Below, in pieces: positions 18,978 through 28,984 of a DNA stretch of 64,000 nucleotides. Source of the DNA: Candidatus Latescibacterota bacterium (GTDB taxonomy: Bacteria > Latescibacterota > UBA2968 > UBA8231). The stretch is taken from contig CBDCXV010000001.1 of the NCBI GenBank assembly GCA_965223905.1, positions 576,001 through 640,000 on the forward strand, read 5' to 3'. The translations under genes and the position numbers were made by a program. The notes under the pieces are model-generated. The model was not told where the DNA came from, ran no database searches, and saw nothing but the letters and a program-made list of their open reading frames with translations. How positions within the stretch are numbered: position 1 is the first letter of the stretch; each line of letters begins with the position of its first letter.

Positions 18978-19790
18978 CTAAGGCTTCGGCCTGATCTTAT
19001 GATTCATCGCCCAGCGCGGGTAGTAGTCGTACACCTCGGCGTCCGGCAGCGGCGAGCCGAGCATCTGCGGCGGGATCCTGAAGGGCCCCTCCATCGTCAC
19101 GGAGGTCGTGAACGCATAGCGCAGGCCGACCGCCCGCAGGGTCCGCACCGAGGGCACGTTGAACGGCCCGACGGTGGCCATGGGAATGCCGCCGTTCCCG
19201 ATGATCCAGTTGGCGGCGGCGACGACGACCGCGCGGCCGAGGCCGCGGCCTTTTGCTTCGGGGATCACGTCCATGCCGATTTCCCACACCGGTTCGCCGC
19301 GGTCGGTTACCACGGCCAGCGCCGTGAGCCGGCTTTCCTCGGCGATGCCGAAGCCGATAACCGCTTCCGGCGCGCAGTGCCAGAAGAGGTCGTAGTCGAG
19401 GTCGCGAAGGTCGTCCGGGGAGAACGTGCGGGGGCGTTCGTCCCCGCACGGCCCTACCGAGGATTCACCGCCGAACAGGTACCACGTCGGGCCCCAGATG
19501 CCGTAGCCGTGCGGCAGGGTTACCCGCGCGAGCTCGGCGCAGCCGAAGGGGGAGAAGATCATCTCCATCGGCAGGCGGGGGGCGAGTGAACGCAGTTCGT
19601 CCACCCAGTCGGCACGGGCCGCCAGGGCGCAGCGTCCGTCCAGCTTGAGCGCCACCAGGGGACCGCAGGCCGCCCCAGGTTCGATTTCCACCACCGGAAC
19701 CGGGTCGTCGCCGGGGGCCGCCAGGGACAACCCCAGGTGGCGTTCCGTCCAGGAGCGGAGCGGGTTGTTGAAAACGTCGGGCTGGTTCAC
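18978..19790 (-). CDS. GNAT-family N-acetyltransferase
   Basis: GTG start overlapping the upstream stop; WEIGMDV.PEAKGRGLG and N.PS.R..RAVG motifs. Confidence 0.75.
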   Translation of the reverse strand: MNQPDVFNNPLRSWTERHLGLSLAAPGDDPVPVVEIEPGAACGPLVALKLDGRCALAARADWVDELRSLAPRLPMEMIFSPFGCAELARVTLPHGYGIWGPTWYLFGGESSVGPCGDERPRTFSPDDLRDLDYDLFWHCAPEAVIGFGIAEESRLTALAVVTDRGEPVWEIGMDVIPEAKGRGLGRAVVVAAANWIIGNGGIPMATVGPFNVPSVRTLRAVGLRYAFTTSVTMEGPFRIPPQMLGSPLPDAEVYDYYPRWAMNHKIRPKP

Positions 19791-21166
19791 GGCAGCTTCT
19801 CCGCCAGCTCTTCGGCCGGGTAGGTGACGATCTCGGCAAGCGTCGGATGGTAGTGGGGGATGTTCATCATGTCGCGGACGGTGCCGCGGAAGTACATCAC
19901 CGCGATCAGCTCGTGGATCAGCTCCCCGGCCTCGGGCCCGACGATGTGGCCGCCGAGCAGCTCGCCGCTGCGCGGATCGCAGATCAGCTTCACGTGACCG
20001 TGGGTCGCCCCCATGGTCATCGACTTGCCGTGATCCTCGAACGGGTAGGAGGCGACCAGATGGGGAATTCCTTCGGCGAGGCACTCCTTTTCCGAGCGGC
20101 CCACGCCGGCGACCGCCGGATCGGTGAAGACGACCTGGGTGCTGAGCCGCGTATCCATGCGCTTCGGCGGGAGTTCGCCGCGCACGGCGTTGTGGCCGGC
20201 GATCTCCCCCTGCTGAACGGCGATATGGACGATTTCGTGCTCGCCGTTGACGTCCCCGACGGCGAAGATGTGCGGCTGACTGGTGCGCATCTCCTCGTCG
20301 ACGGCGATGGCGCGGCCGCTCTCGACGCCTGCGGCCTCCAGCCCGAGGCCCTCGGTGTTGGGCCGCCGCCCCAGGGCCTGAAACACCAGCTGCGCCGCCG
20401 CGGTGCGCTCCTGCCCCTGGTGGGAGAAATGGGCGACAATGGCCTTCCCTTCCGAGCTGAAGCGGTGCAGCCGCGTGCCGGTGAACAGCTCCATTCCGTC
20501 CTCGCGGAAGGAGTCCTCCACCGGCCGCGCCAGGTCCTCGTCCCCCTTCGACAGGATGTGGCCGCTGCGCTGCAGGAGGGTGACCTGGGTGCCGATGCGC
20601 TGGAAGAACTGCGCCAGCTCGACGGCGACGGGGCCGCCCCCGAGAACGAGCAGGGATTGCGGCTGCTCGCGCAGCTCGAGCAGCTCGTCGCTGGTCAGGT
20701 AGCCGGCCTCGTCGAGCCCGGGGATCTCCGGACGGGTCGCCACCGAGCCGGTGGCGATGATGAAGCTGGCGGCCTCGAGGGTATGGTCGCCGGCCCGCAG
20801 CCGGTGGGGGTCCTCGAAAACCGCGCGCTCTTCGTAGAGGGTGAATTCCGGGCCGCGCAGCTGCTCGATGCGGTAGTCGGCGAAGGAGCGCACGAGCCGC
20901 TCCTTGCGGCCGATGATCGCCGCCAGGTCGGCGCCCGCCTCGACGGGCAGCAGGCCGAACTCCGGGGCCCGGCGCATCAGCGCCATGATATCGGAGGAGC
21001 GCAGGATGGTCTTGCTCGGCATGCAGCCGCGCAGGATGCAGAGACCCCCGAGGGGGCCGTGATCGACGATGGCGACGTCGGCGCCGGCGTCGCGCGCGGT
21101 GGCCGCGGCGGCGTATCCCGCGGAGCCGCCGCCAATGACGACTACGTCGTGGGTTCGTTCAGACAT
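19787..21166 (-). CDS. Pyridine nucleotide-disulfide oxidoreductase, dihydrolipoyl dehydrogenase family
   Basis: GGGSAG, GGLCILRGCMPSK redox pair, HYHPTLAE C-terminal motif; lacks the MerA C-terminal Cys pair. Confidence 0.88.
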   Translation of the reverse strand: MSERTHDVVVIGGGSAGYAAAATARDAGADVAIVDHGPLGGLCILRGCMPSKTILRSSDIMALMRRAPEFGLLPVEAGADLAAIIGRKERLVRSFADYRIEQLRGPEFTLYEERAVFEDPHRLRAGDHTLEAASFIIATGSVATRPEIPGLDEAGYLTSDELLELREQPQSLLVLGGGPVAVELAQFFQRIGTQVTLLQRSGHILSKGDEDLARPVEDSFREDGMELFTGTRLHRFSSEGKAIVAHFSHQGQERTAAAQLVFQALGRRPNTEGLGLEAAGVESGRAIAVDEEMRTSQPHIFAVGDVNGEHEIVHIAVQQGEIAGHNAVRGELPPKRMDTRLSTQVVFTDPAVAGVGRSEKECLAEGIPHLVASYPFEDHGKSMTMGATHGHVKLICDPRSGELLGGHIVGPEAGELIHELIAVMYFRGTVRDMMNIPHYHPTLAEIVTYPAEELAEKLP

Positions 21167-21280
21167 GTCTGCTGTTCGGTGTGATGATGAAGTTCGAGAA
21201 GCCTGATAATGAAGTTATTTTTGCCGGAGCACCATGAACCGTCCGGAAAGACCCGCCCAAATCCCAAGAAACCGAACCGC

Positions 21281-22483
21281 ATGCCGCGCGCCACGTTCGC
21301 CTTCCGCATGACGGCAGCCGCCCTGCTGCTGTCCCCTCCGGGGGCTGCCCCGGCCGAGCAGTCGGCGCCGCCGACGCTGACGATGCGCGTGTACGACGAG
21401 CGCGTGCAGCGCGGCATCGATCTCATCTACAATCTCCGCTTCGAGGAAGCGGACCGCTACTTCGACGGCCTCGTCGCCTCCTACCCGGACAACCCCCTCG
21501 GCTACTTTTTCCGGGCGATGGTGGCCTGGTGGCGGGTGTTGTTAGACCTCGACGACACCTCGCGTGACGAGGCGTTCTACCGGCGCATCGAGGAGTGTAT
21601 CGAGATCTGCGATGCGCGCCTGCGCATCGATGCGGACGACTTCGACGCCATCCTCTTCAAGGGGGGGGCCATCGGCTTTCGCGGGCGCCTGCGCGGCGAC
21701 CGGCGGCAGATGCTGCGGGCGGCGCAGGACGGCCTCCGCAGCCTGCCGCTGCTCGAGCGCAGCCGCAGCATGGAGCCGACCAACAAGGACATCCTGTTCG
21801 GGCAGGGGATCTACAACTACTTCCGCGAGGTGATCCCGCAGAAATACCCGATCGTGCGCGCCGTCACCTGGATGCTGGAGGACGGAGACCGCGAAACCGG
21901 GCTGCGGCAGCTGCAGGAGGTCGCTGCCGGGGGGCGCTACGCCAGGGCGGAGGCGAAGTACTTCCTGGCCCAGATCTACCGCCTCTTCGAGGATGACAAT
22001 GCCAAGGCACTGCCCTATCTCGAGGAGTTGCGCTCCCGCTACCCGGCCAACTCGATCTTCCATCGCTACACCGCCAGGACCTACGTCTCTCTCGGCCGCT
22101 GGGATCGGGCCATGCCCCTGTACGGCGAGGTCGTCGAGCGCAGCGACGCGGGCGACAGGGGCTACCACCGGCGCGCCCATATCGAGGCCCTCTACTACCA
22201 GGGGAATTTCGCCTTCATCCGCAACCGGCTCGCCGAAGTGGTGCCGCCGCTGGCCGCGGCCGACAGCCTCAGCCGCGGTCTGGGCGAGCGTCCGCAGGAC
22301 CAGGAAGCGGGCGGCTACGTGGCGCTGTCCAACCTCTTCCTCGGCATGGCTCTCGACGGTCTGGGTCGCCGCGAGGAGGCGATGGCGCGCTACGGCCGCG
22401 TCCGCGAGCTGCCCGTGCACGGGAACAGCCACGAGCTCGCCGCCGGCTTCGAGGCGAAACCGTACAGCCTGCCGTCGCGGTAG
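21281..22483 (+). CDS. Exported tetratricopeptide-repeat protein
   Basis: Signal-like N-terminus and TPR-like helical repeats; start could be 21209. Confidence 0.75.
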   Translation: MPRATFAFRMTAAALLLSPPGAAPAEQSAPPTLTMRVYDERVQRGIDLIYNLRFEEADRYFDGLVASYPDNPLGYFFRAMVAWWRVLLDLDDTSRDEAFYRRIEECIEICDARLRIDADDFDAILFKGGAIGFRGRLRGDRRQMLRAAQDGLRSLPLLERSRSMEPTNKDILFGQGIYNYFREVIPQKYPIVRAVTWMLEDGDRETGLRQLQEVAAGGRYARAEAKYFLAQIYRLFEDDNAKALPYLEELRSRYPANSIFHRYTARTYVSLGRWDRAMPLYGEVVERSDAGDRGYHRRAHIEALYYQGNFAFIRNRLAEVVPPLAAADSLSRGLGERPQDQEAGGYVALSNLFLGMALDGLGRREEAMARYGRVRELPVHGNSHELAAGFEAKPYSLPSR

Positions 22484-22579
22484 CCCCGCCGGCACATGCC
22501 TGGAATTTGCTGCTGGGGGCCGGGCCGAGCCCTTGCGGGCAGGGTCGGGCGATCCGGGGAGGCCGCATCCGCAGGGACG

Positions 22580-22860
22580 GCCCCTGTCTCGGGCCAGGTG
22601 GCGCTGCTCAAGCCGACCTGCAAGCTTGGGCGTTTACCCTGACTGAGGGTGATCCCGCAAGGCCGCATCGGCAGGGGACCTCCGGCCCGGGTGGCGTTGC
22701 GGGAGCCGGTCTGGGGGCTCGGGCGTTCCCATGCACTGACCGCGGACGATTCGGCGAGCCTTCCCGGCAAAGGGACGGGCCCTTGTCCTCCGGCCGGGGT
22801 GGGCTGCTCAGAGCCGATCTGCAGGCCCTGGCGGTTCAATGCCAATGACGGGGCGCGTTC
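22580..22860. repeat. Three degenerate ~100-bp tandem repeats in a convergent intergenic gap
   Basis: Cores GTGGCGCTGCTCAAGCCGACCTG (~22598), GTGGCGTTGCGGGAGCCGGTCTG (~22691), GTGGGCTGCTCAGAGCCGATCTG (~22799). Confidence 0.5.
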
Positions 22861-22916
22861 CGGCGAGGCCGTTTCTGCACGGGACGGCCCGAGTCCGCTG
22901 AGTTTCCCGCCTCTCT

Positions 22917-23477
22917 TCAGGCCAGGGCCTCCCATTGCCTCAGGATCTCGAACAGCACCACCGCGCAGGCGCTGGCGACGTTGAGCGAGTTCTTGAAACC
23001 GAAGACCGGTATCTCGACGAGCTCGTCGCAGGCGCGCAGCACCTCCTCGCCGACGCCGAGGGCCTCGTTGCCGAGGACCAGGGCGACGGGGCGGGGGTAC
23101 TGCACTTCCGTATAGGCTCGGCTCCGGGAGGTCGTCTCCAGGGCCCAGACCGGGGTTCCCGCCCGCTGCAGCTCCTCGACCGCGAGCAGCGCCGAGTCCC
23201 TGTGGGAGGTCTCGACGTAGTCGAGGGTGCCGAGGGCGGTTTTCTCCAGCCGTGGGTGCGGCGGATGGGCGGTGTAGCCGCAGGTGATCACGCGCTCGAT
23301 GCGGGCGGTGTCTGCGGTGCGGAAGATCGAGCCGACGTTGAAGGCGCTGCGCAGGTTGTCGAGGACGAGGGTGACGGGAAACTTCGGCAGCTGCCGGTAC
23401 TCCTCCGGCGGCAGCGGCGAGTCGCGGCTGCGGACCTCGAACCGCGTCTCCTCCCAACCCTCCTCCCGGCGCGGCAA
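22917..23477 (-). CDS. TrmH/SpoU-family RNA methyltransferase
   Basis: LDNLRSAFNVGSIFRTAD, LGNEALGV, IPVFGFKNSLNVASA. Confidence 0.92.
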   Translation of the reverse strand: MPRREEGWEETRFEVRSRDSPLPPEEYRQLPKFPVTLVLDNLRSAFNVGSIFRTADTARIERVITCGYTAHPPHPRLEKTALGTLDYVETSHRDSALLAVEELQRAGTPVWALETTSRSRAYTEVQYPRPVALVLGNEALGVGEEVLRACDELVEIPVFGFKNSLNVASACAVVLFEILRQWEALA

Positions 23478-23486
23478 CCCGGCCTC

Positions 23487-24530
23487 TCAGGAAAGGGTGA
23501 CCGCTTCCCCCCGCGCCGCGGATTCGGCCGCGGCTTCGAGGACGCGCACCACTTCGTGGACGCTTTCGCAGGTGACCGCGGGTTCCTCCCGCCCGAGGAT
23601 GGCGGCGCCGACGTTCTCGTAGTAGCTGCGCCAGCGGCCCGGGACCGGCTCGACCGCAGTCTGCCGGGTCTTGCCGCCGCAGTCGCGGAAGAGGCTGGCG
23701 CCGTCGCGCGGCGAGGGGCGGGCGGCGTCGATGTCGCCCGCCTTCATCGCCTCTTCCTGGGGGTCGAAGCCGCGCTGGATCAGGGTGCCCTCGCTGCCGG
23801 TGAGGAACCAGCGCCGTTTCGGCACCCTGGCGACCGAGGAGGTGGTCACCTGCGCCAGGACCCCGTTGGCGAAGGTCAGGAGGCAGTGGGCGTGATCCTC
23901 GACGTCGTTGTCGTGGACACCGGAGCAGAACTGGGCGTACACCCGCTCGACCGGGGCGCCGGCCAGCTGCAGGGCCTGGTCGACGAGGTGGGAGCCGAGG
24001 TCGATCCAGCGGCCGCCCCCGCGGGCCGCCTCGCTGCGCCAGGTGCGTGGTTTCCTCGGGTCGTTCCAGGAGGTTTCGAGGGAGACCAGTTCGCCGACCG
24101 CCCCTTCCTCGAGGGCCTTCCGTATGGTGAGGAAATCCCGGTCCCAGCGCCGGTTCTGAAAGCAGGTCAGGAGCCGGCCGCTGTCCCTGGCCGCGGCGAT
24201 CATGCTCTTGGATTCCCCGGCATTCAGGGCCATCGGCTTGTCGGTGACGACGTGCTTGCCCGCGGCGAGCGCGGCGAGCGCCTGCGGCGCGTGCAGGTCG
24301 TTCGGGGTCGCCAGCACCACGAGGTCGACCCGGTCGTCGGCGAGGGCCTCCTCGAGACGGGCGAAACGGCGCGCCCCCAGCTTCTCGATCTCGCGGCGCA
24401 CCCCGGGGCGGCGGCTGACGACGCCGTAGAGATTGAGCTCCGGGGCGAGCCCGATCAGGTAGCAGTGGAACAACCGCCCGGCGACTCCGAACCCGACGAC
24501 GACGGCGTTGATGGAAGGGGATGGGGGCAT
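23487..24530 (-). CDS. Gfo/Idh/MocA-family oxidoreductase
   Basis: VVGFGVAG, ATPNDLH, GKHVVTDKP, FQNRRWDRDF, DLGSHLVDQ. Confidence 0.92.
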   Translation of the reverse strand: MPPSPSINAVVVGFGVAGRLFHCYLIGLAPELNLYGVVSRRPGVRREIEKLGARRFARLEEALADDRVDLVVLATPNDLHAPQALAALAAGKHVVTDKPMALNAGESKSMIAAARDSGRLLTCFQNRRWDRDFLTIRKALEEGAVGELVSLETSWNDPRKPRTWRSEAARGGGRWIDLGSHLVDQALQLAGAPVERVYAQFCSGVHDNDVEDHAHCLLTFANGVLAQVTTSSVARVPKRRWFLTGSEGTLIQRGFDPQEEAMKAGDIDAARPSPRDGASLFRDCGGKTRQTAVEPVPGRWRSYYENVGAAILGREEPAVTCESVHEVVRVLEAAAESAARGEAVTLS

Positions 24531-24746
24531 GGGGGCCGTGGTTTATTGCATTGGCCGCGAAAAGCGGCAATGTTACGCGCCCTGATGGCAGCCGGCAAGC
24601 GGATGACACCCTCCCTGGACCGAAGCCGCCAGTCGCCTCGCGAAGTTCAACCGGGCCCGCTGCGGGAACATCCGCGGAGGAAGGGGCATCCTACTTGAGC
24701 AGCGACCGGGCCATGCCCGGCTTTCGCCGGGACCGCGCAGACCGCC

Positions 24747-26123
24747 TTGATTCAGAATAAGAGAACCGTTCGCCTCAACGCGCTCATAATCTGTCTCGCC
24801 GCCCTCCTCGAGACCGGCTGCGGCGCCGCCTATTCCGGCTTCATGAAGGCGCCCCTGAAGCGGCTGGAAGGGCGCGACTACGAGGGGGCCCTGGCCAAGC
24901 TGCAAAAACCGGCCGGGGACACCGACAAGCTGCTGTACCGGCTGGAGCGCGGGCTCATCCTTCACTACCAGGGGGAGTACGAAGCATCCGACAGGCAGTT
25001 CGAGAAGGCGGAGCGGCTGATCGACAAGCATTACACGCGCTCCGTGGTGCGGGAGGTGGGAGCCTTCCTTACCAACGACGCGATCCGCGCCTACAGCGGC
25101 GAGGAGTACGAGCGCGCCCTGATCCATTATTACCGCGCCCTGAACAGCCTGAATCTCGGAGACACCGAGAACGCCCTGGTCGAATGCCGCAAGGCCAATC
25201 TCAGGCTGCAGGACTTCGCCGCCGCAGCCGAGTACGAGCTCACCTACAGGAACGACGCCTTCCTGCAGTATCTGACCGGTCTCCTGTACGAGGCCGAGGG
25301 GGAGTGGAACGACGCCTACATCTCCTACCGGGACGCGCTCAAGGGATACAGGGCGTACCGCGAGACCTTCGGGACAAGGATGCCCTCGGCCCTGCAGCGG
25401 GACATCACCGAGTTGGCCATGGCCCTGGGATACGAGGAGGACGTCGAGGAGTACAGCGAGCGCTTTGACTTGCAGCCTGAGGATCTGCGGCAACCGCAGG
25501 GGGTCGAGGTCATCGTCTTCGCCGAAAGCGGATTCATCGCCCGCAAGCACCAGCGCGAGATCTCGATGCCGATCCTCGAGGAGGACGACGGCCCCGTGTG
25601 GGAGGTTTCGGAAAAGGCCGTACATCGCTACCATCACCCCCGCCGCTACCGCAAGGTCGACTACTGGCTGCGCGTCGCCCTGCCGGAGTACGTGCCGGTA
25701 CGCTCCCAGGTCGCCGGGGTCAGGCTGTCGGGGGCCGGCAACAGCGTACAAGGGGTGCTGATGGAGAACCTGGACGCCATCGCGATCAAGAGCTTCGAGG
25801 AGAAGGAGAGGACGGTCCTGCTGCGGACCGCCGCCCGCGCCCTTGCCAAATACCTGGCCGTCAAGAAGATAGAAGAGGAGAGTTCGGTTCTGGGGGCGGT
25901 CTTCAACCTCTTCGGATCTTCGGTCGAGGCGGCCGACACCCGCGGCTGGCTGTCCCTGCCGAAAACGATATGGATGGTGCGCGTGTGGTTGCCGCCGGGA
26001 ACCGCGGACCTCGATCTGGAGTTTCTCAATGCTGGGGGGCGAGTCGTCGACAGCCATCGCTTCGAGCGGATCGAGCTTCAGGGCAGCGGCCCGGTTGTGC
26101 TCAGCCACCGCAGCTTTAAGTGA
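24747..26123 (+). CDS. COG3014-type TPR lipoprotein
   Basis: Lipobox-like ETGC, LLYRLERG, YSGEEYER, ADTRGWLSLP; upstream of an LpoB-like gene. Confidence 0.8.
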   Translation: MIQNKRTVRLNALIICLAALLETGCGAAYSGFMKAPLKRLEGRDYEGALAKLQKPAGDTDKLLYRLERGLILHYQGEYEASDRQFEKAERLIDKHYTRSVVREVGAFLTNDAIRAYSGEEYERALIHYYRALNSLNLGDTENALVECRKANLRLQDFAAAAEYELTYRNDAFLQYLTGLLYEAEGEWNDAYISYRDALKGYRAYRETFGTRMPSALQRDITELAMALGYEEDVEEYSERFDLQPEDLRQPQGVEVIVFAESGFIARKHQREISMPILEEDDGPVWEVSEKAVHRYHHPRRYRKVDYWLRVALPEYVPVRSQVAGVRLSGAGNSVQGVLMENLDAIAIKSFEEKERTVLLRTAARALAKYLAVKKIEEESSVLGAVFNLFGSSVEAADTRGWLSLPKTIWMVRVWLPPGTADLDLEFLNAGGRVVDSHRFERIELQGSGPVVLSHRSFK

Positions 26124-26136
26124 GAAGGACGAGATC

Positions 26137-26982
26137 ATGAGAAGACGTACCGCAGTTCTCGCGCTGGTTGCCGGGGCCGTCTCCGCGGCTTCACCCACCG
26201 AACCGGGGGCCGCCCTGCAGGGAGCCGCCGCCCGCGTTCTCGACGAAGGGGCGGTCTACAACATCATCGACTGGGACGGCGGGCCCCTGCCGCCGATCTA
26301 CGAGCGCTCCGACCAGCTGCCGATAACCCTCGAAGACGTGAGCAAGCTCGTCGCCGGCAAGTTCAGCGACACGGCCATCGTCAACATGCTGAAGCAGCGG
26401 CGATGCGCCTGCGACGCCTCCGTCGATGCCCTGATCGAGCTCCGCGAAACAGGGGTGTCCGAGACCGTGCTGGAGGCGCTGTCGCTGCACGCCCTGCCCC
26501 CGAACCGCTACGTCGATCTGACCATAACGCTCGATTTCGAGGGGCTCGGCGGGGAAAAGGGGGTGTCGACTCAGGCACGCCGGGGATACCTCTACCTCAT
26601 CGTCCCGGACGGCGGGCGGGAGCGCGTCTTTTTCGGTAACTTGCAGGCGATTCTCGCCGGCAGCTGGCAGCGGGACGAGCTCGTGGACCGCACCGACCTG
26701 CTGCTGCCGAAGAAGGTGCGCCGCGTGACCTTCACCGCGCGCGTGCCGCTCAAGAAGCACGAGACCAAGAAAGCGCTCGTGTTCGCCTCGACCAAGCCGG
26801 ACATCTACACATCCGCCGACATTCCGGCCGCCGATCGGAAACAGGCGATGGAATTCACCTTCGACTACCCTTCGAGCTCGCTGCAGCAGTCGTGCCGGCT
26901 GCAGGTGCTGTACCGGCAGGACAGCATGCTGCCGGACCGCTGGCATCTGCAGCGGTCGCACTTCGACTGCGAGTGGGACTGA
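26137..26982 (+). CDS. Hypothetical exported protein
   Basis: RBS AAGGA, signal peptide, short helical module (ITLEDVSKL..DASVDALIELRETGVSETVL). Confidence 0.7.
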   Translation: MRRRTAVLALVAGAVSAASPTEPGAALQGAAARVLDEGAVYNIIDWDGGPLPPIYERSDQLPITLEDVSKLVAGKFSDTAIVNMLKQRRCACDASVDALIELRETGVSETVLEALSLHALPPNRYVDLTITLDFEGLGGEKGVSTQARRGYLYLIVPDGGRERVFFGNLQAILAGSWQRDELVDRTDLLLPKKVRRVTFTARVPLKKHETKKALVFASTKPDIYTSADIPAADRKQAMEFTFDYPSSSLQQSCRLQVLYRQDSMLPDRWHLQRSHFDCEWD

Positions 26983-27001
26983 AAGACAAGAGGAGCTACC
27001 G

Positions 27002-27607
27002 ATGAGTCGCTGGACGAAAACAGGCCTCGCCCTGGCGGGCCTTGCCGCATTGCTGTCGGCCTGCGCCGGGCCGCGCGCTTTCACCCGGGGAGAATACGGC
27101 GACCCCGAAGAGATCAGCATGCTCGACGACCGCTGGAACCAGAACGACATGCAGCTGGTCGCCAAGACTATGATCAACTCGCTCGAGGCGTGGGAAAAGA
27201 CCGCGGCAACGGAGGGCAAGCCGCTCATCATTCTCGAAAGGCCCAAGAACCGCACCCCCGAGCGCATCGACATGGGGGCGCTCTACGATCACGTCAAAAC
27301 GGCGCTGATCCAGAGCGGCCGCTTCGGATTCCTCGACAAGGGGGCCCGGCTGGAGATCGCCGAGGAGTACGAGTACCAGCAGTCGGGGTACGTCGACCCG
27401 GACGAGGCGAAAGGTCCGGGGAACCAGAAGGCGGCCGGGTTTCTGCTCGGGGGCGTGATCACCTCCAACGTGCAGCAGGTCGGGCCCAACAAGGCGGTGT
27501 ACTACAAGGCGACCTTCGAGTTGACGGACATCGAGACCTCGGAGATCCTGTGGACGGATCACGAGGAGATCGTCAAGCACTTCAAGAAGAAGAGCATCGG
27601 ACTGTGA
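27002..27607 (+). CDS. lpoB: Penicillin-binding protein activator LpoB-like lipoprotein
   Basis: Lipobox LSAC, WNQNDMQLVA, KNRTPERID, YYKATFELTDIETSEILW. Confidence 0.75.
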   Translation: MSRWTKTGLALAGLAALLSACAGPRAFTRGEYGDPEEISMLDDRWNQNDMQLVAKTMINSLEAWEKTAATEGKPLIILERPKNRTPERIDMGALYDHVKTALIQSGRFGFLDKGARLEIAEEYEYQQSGYVDPDEAKGPGNQKAAGFLLGGVITSNVQQVGPNKAVYYKATFELTDIETSEILWTDHEEIVKHFKKKSIGL

Positions 27608-27651
27608 GGACGCCGCTACTCACGGCCTCCGTTGCCGGAAGGGGACCTACC

Positions 27652-28254
27652 ATGCAGAGGCATGTGCCATTTTCACAACGCGTTGTCCCGGTGCGCGCCC
27701 TGATCCGCCTGGGGCTGGCCGGGCTTCTGGTCGCCGGCGCCGCTTCCGCCGAGCCCGAACCGGGGCGCACCGACGGAGAAGAGGGGAGCGAGTACGGCAA
27801 GGGGGGCTACCCGTACTACGGACGCCTGGGGCAGTTCTACGCCGAGGGGTTCTTCGGCGCCGCCATGGTCGACATCGACCCGGAGGACGAGGAGGAGGCC
27901 GAGGTTTCCAGCACCGATCTGATGTCCGGTCTCTACCTCGGCTACAAGATCGAGGAGTGGCTGTCCTTCCAGGTCGGATACGGCCGCATCGCCGGCGACT
28001 CCGCTGCGGACCTGTTCAGCGCCGGGATGCGGAACTCCCTCGACCTGAGGCCGTTCAACTACTTCTTCTCCCTCGACTCCGAGCTCTACTCCCCCTCCGG
28101 GGACGTCAGGTTCGGCATCGTGCCCGGGGCCGGGGCGGAGATGTTCATCGGCGACCGCGTGCAGGTGGGGCTGCGCTACCAGCGCGACTTCATCTTTGCC
28201 GACGACGACATCTCCATCAACCGCTTTTCCGCGCGGGTGCAGGTCAACTTCTGA
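27652..28254 (+). CDS. Outer-membrane beta-barrel protein
   Basis: Signal peptide, alternating aromatic beta-strands, C-terminal Phe (RVQVNF). Confidence 0.7.
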   Translation: MQRHVPFSQRVVPVRALIRLGLAGLLVAGAASAEPEPGRTDGEEGSEYGKGGYPYYGRLGQFYAEGFFGAAMVDIDPEDEEEAEVSSTDLMSGLYLGYKIEEWLSFQVGYGRIAGDSAADLFSAGMRNSLDLRPFNYFFSLDSELYSPSGDVRFGIVPGAGAEMFIGDRVQVGLRYQRDFIFADDDISINRFSARVQVNF

Positions 28255-28273
28255 GCTACCGGCAGGCTTCGAG

Positions 28274-28318
28274 AAAAAAGGGGGGGATCCGGAATTCCGG
28301 GTCCCCCCTTCGTTTTTC
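28274..28318. terminator. Bidirectional intrinsic terminator
   Basis: A-tract, GGGGGGATCCGGAA/TTCCGGGTCCCCCC hairpin, T-tract, between convergent genes. Confidence 0.8.
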
Positions 28319-28334
28319 AACGAGGCCGGCCGGC

Positions 28335-28937
28335 TCAGCCGGCGACCATGCCGGCGAAGTAGCGGTGGACGGCGCTGTCCGGGGTGAGCTCGGGATGGAA
28401 GCTCGCGGCGAGCACGTTGCCGCTGCGGGCCATGACGACCTCGCCGCGGCAATGGGCAAGGGGCGCGACTTCTGCTCCCAGGCGCAGGATCCGCGGCGCG
28501 CGGATGAAGACCATCGGCAGGTCGCGGTCGCGGCCGTTGGCGGCGCAGGTGCCGACCGCCTCGAAGCTCTCGCGCTGGCGGCCGTAGCTGTTGCGCTCGA
28601 CGGTCACGTCGATGGCGGCGAGCGATTTCTGAGCGGGGTTGACGACTTCGGCGGCGAGCAGGATGAGTCCGGCGCAGGTGCCGAACACGGGGCGGCCGGA
28701 GTCGATGAAGGCGCGCAACGGCTCCCAGAAGCCCCATGCATCCATCAGCTTGATCAGGGTCGTGCTTTCCCCGCCGGGAAGGATCAGGCCGTCGACGGCG
28801 TCGAGCTGCGACGGCTGCTTGACGATGGCGGAATCGGCGCCGACGTCGCCGAGGGCGCGTGCGTGTGCGGCGAAGTCCCCCTGCAGCCCGAGGACCCCGA
28901 TCAGCCCCCGGTGGGGCAGATCACCTGGGTCGTTCAC
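28335..28937 (-). CDS. pdxT: Pyridoxal 5'-phosphate synthase glutaminase subunit
   Basis: GVLGLQGDF, LPGGESTT, FGTCAGLI, RNSYGRQRESF, FIRAP, SFHPE. Confidence 0.95.
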   Translation of the reverse strand: MNDPGDLPHRGLIGVLGLQGDFAAHARALGDVGADSAIVKQPSQLDAVDGLILPGGESTTLIKLMDAWGFWEPLRAFIDSGRPVFGTCAGLILLAAEVVNPAQKSLAAIDVTVERNSYGRQRESFEAVGTCAANGRDRDLPMVFIRAPRILRLGAEVAPLAHCRGEVVMARSGNVLAASFHPELTPDSAVHRYFAGMVAG

Positions 28938-28984
28938 TTGGAAAGCGGCCGGTTGCAGGCGGCTGCCGCCGGGTGCCGGTGCGG

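Noticed and set aside
19787-21166. Mercuric reductase MerA
   Set aside because: No C-terminal Cys-Cys pair, no metal-binding N-terminal domain and no mer genes nearby.
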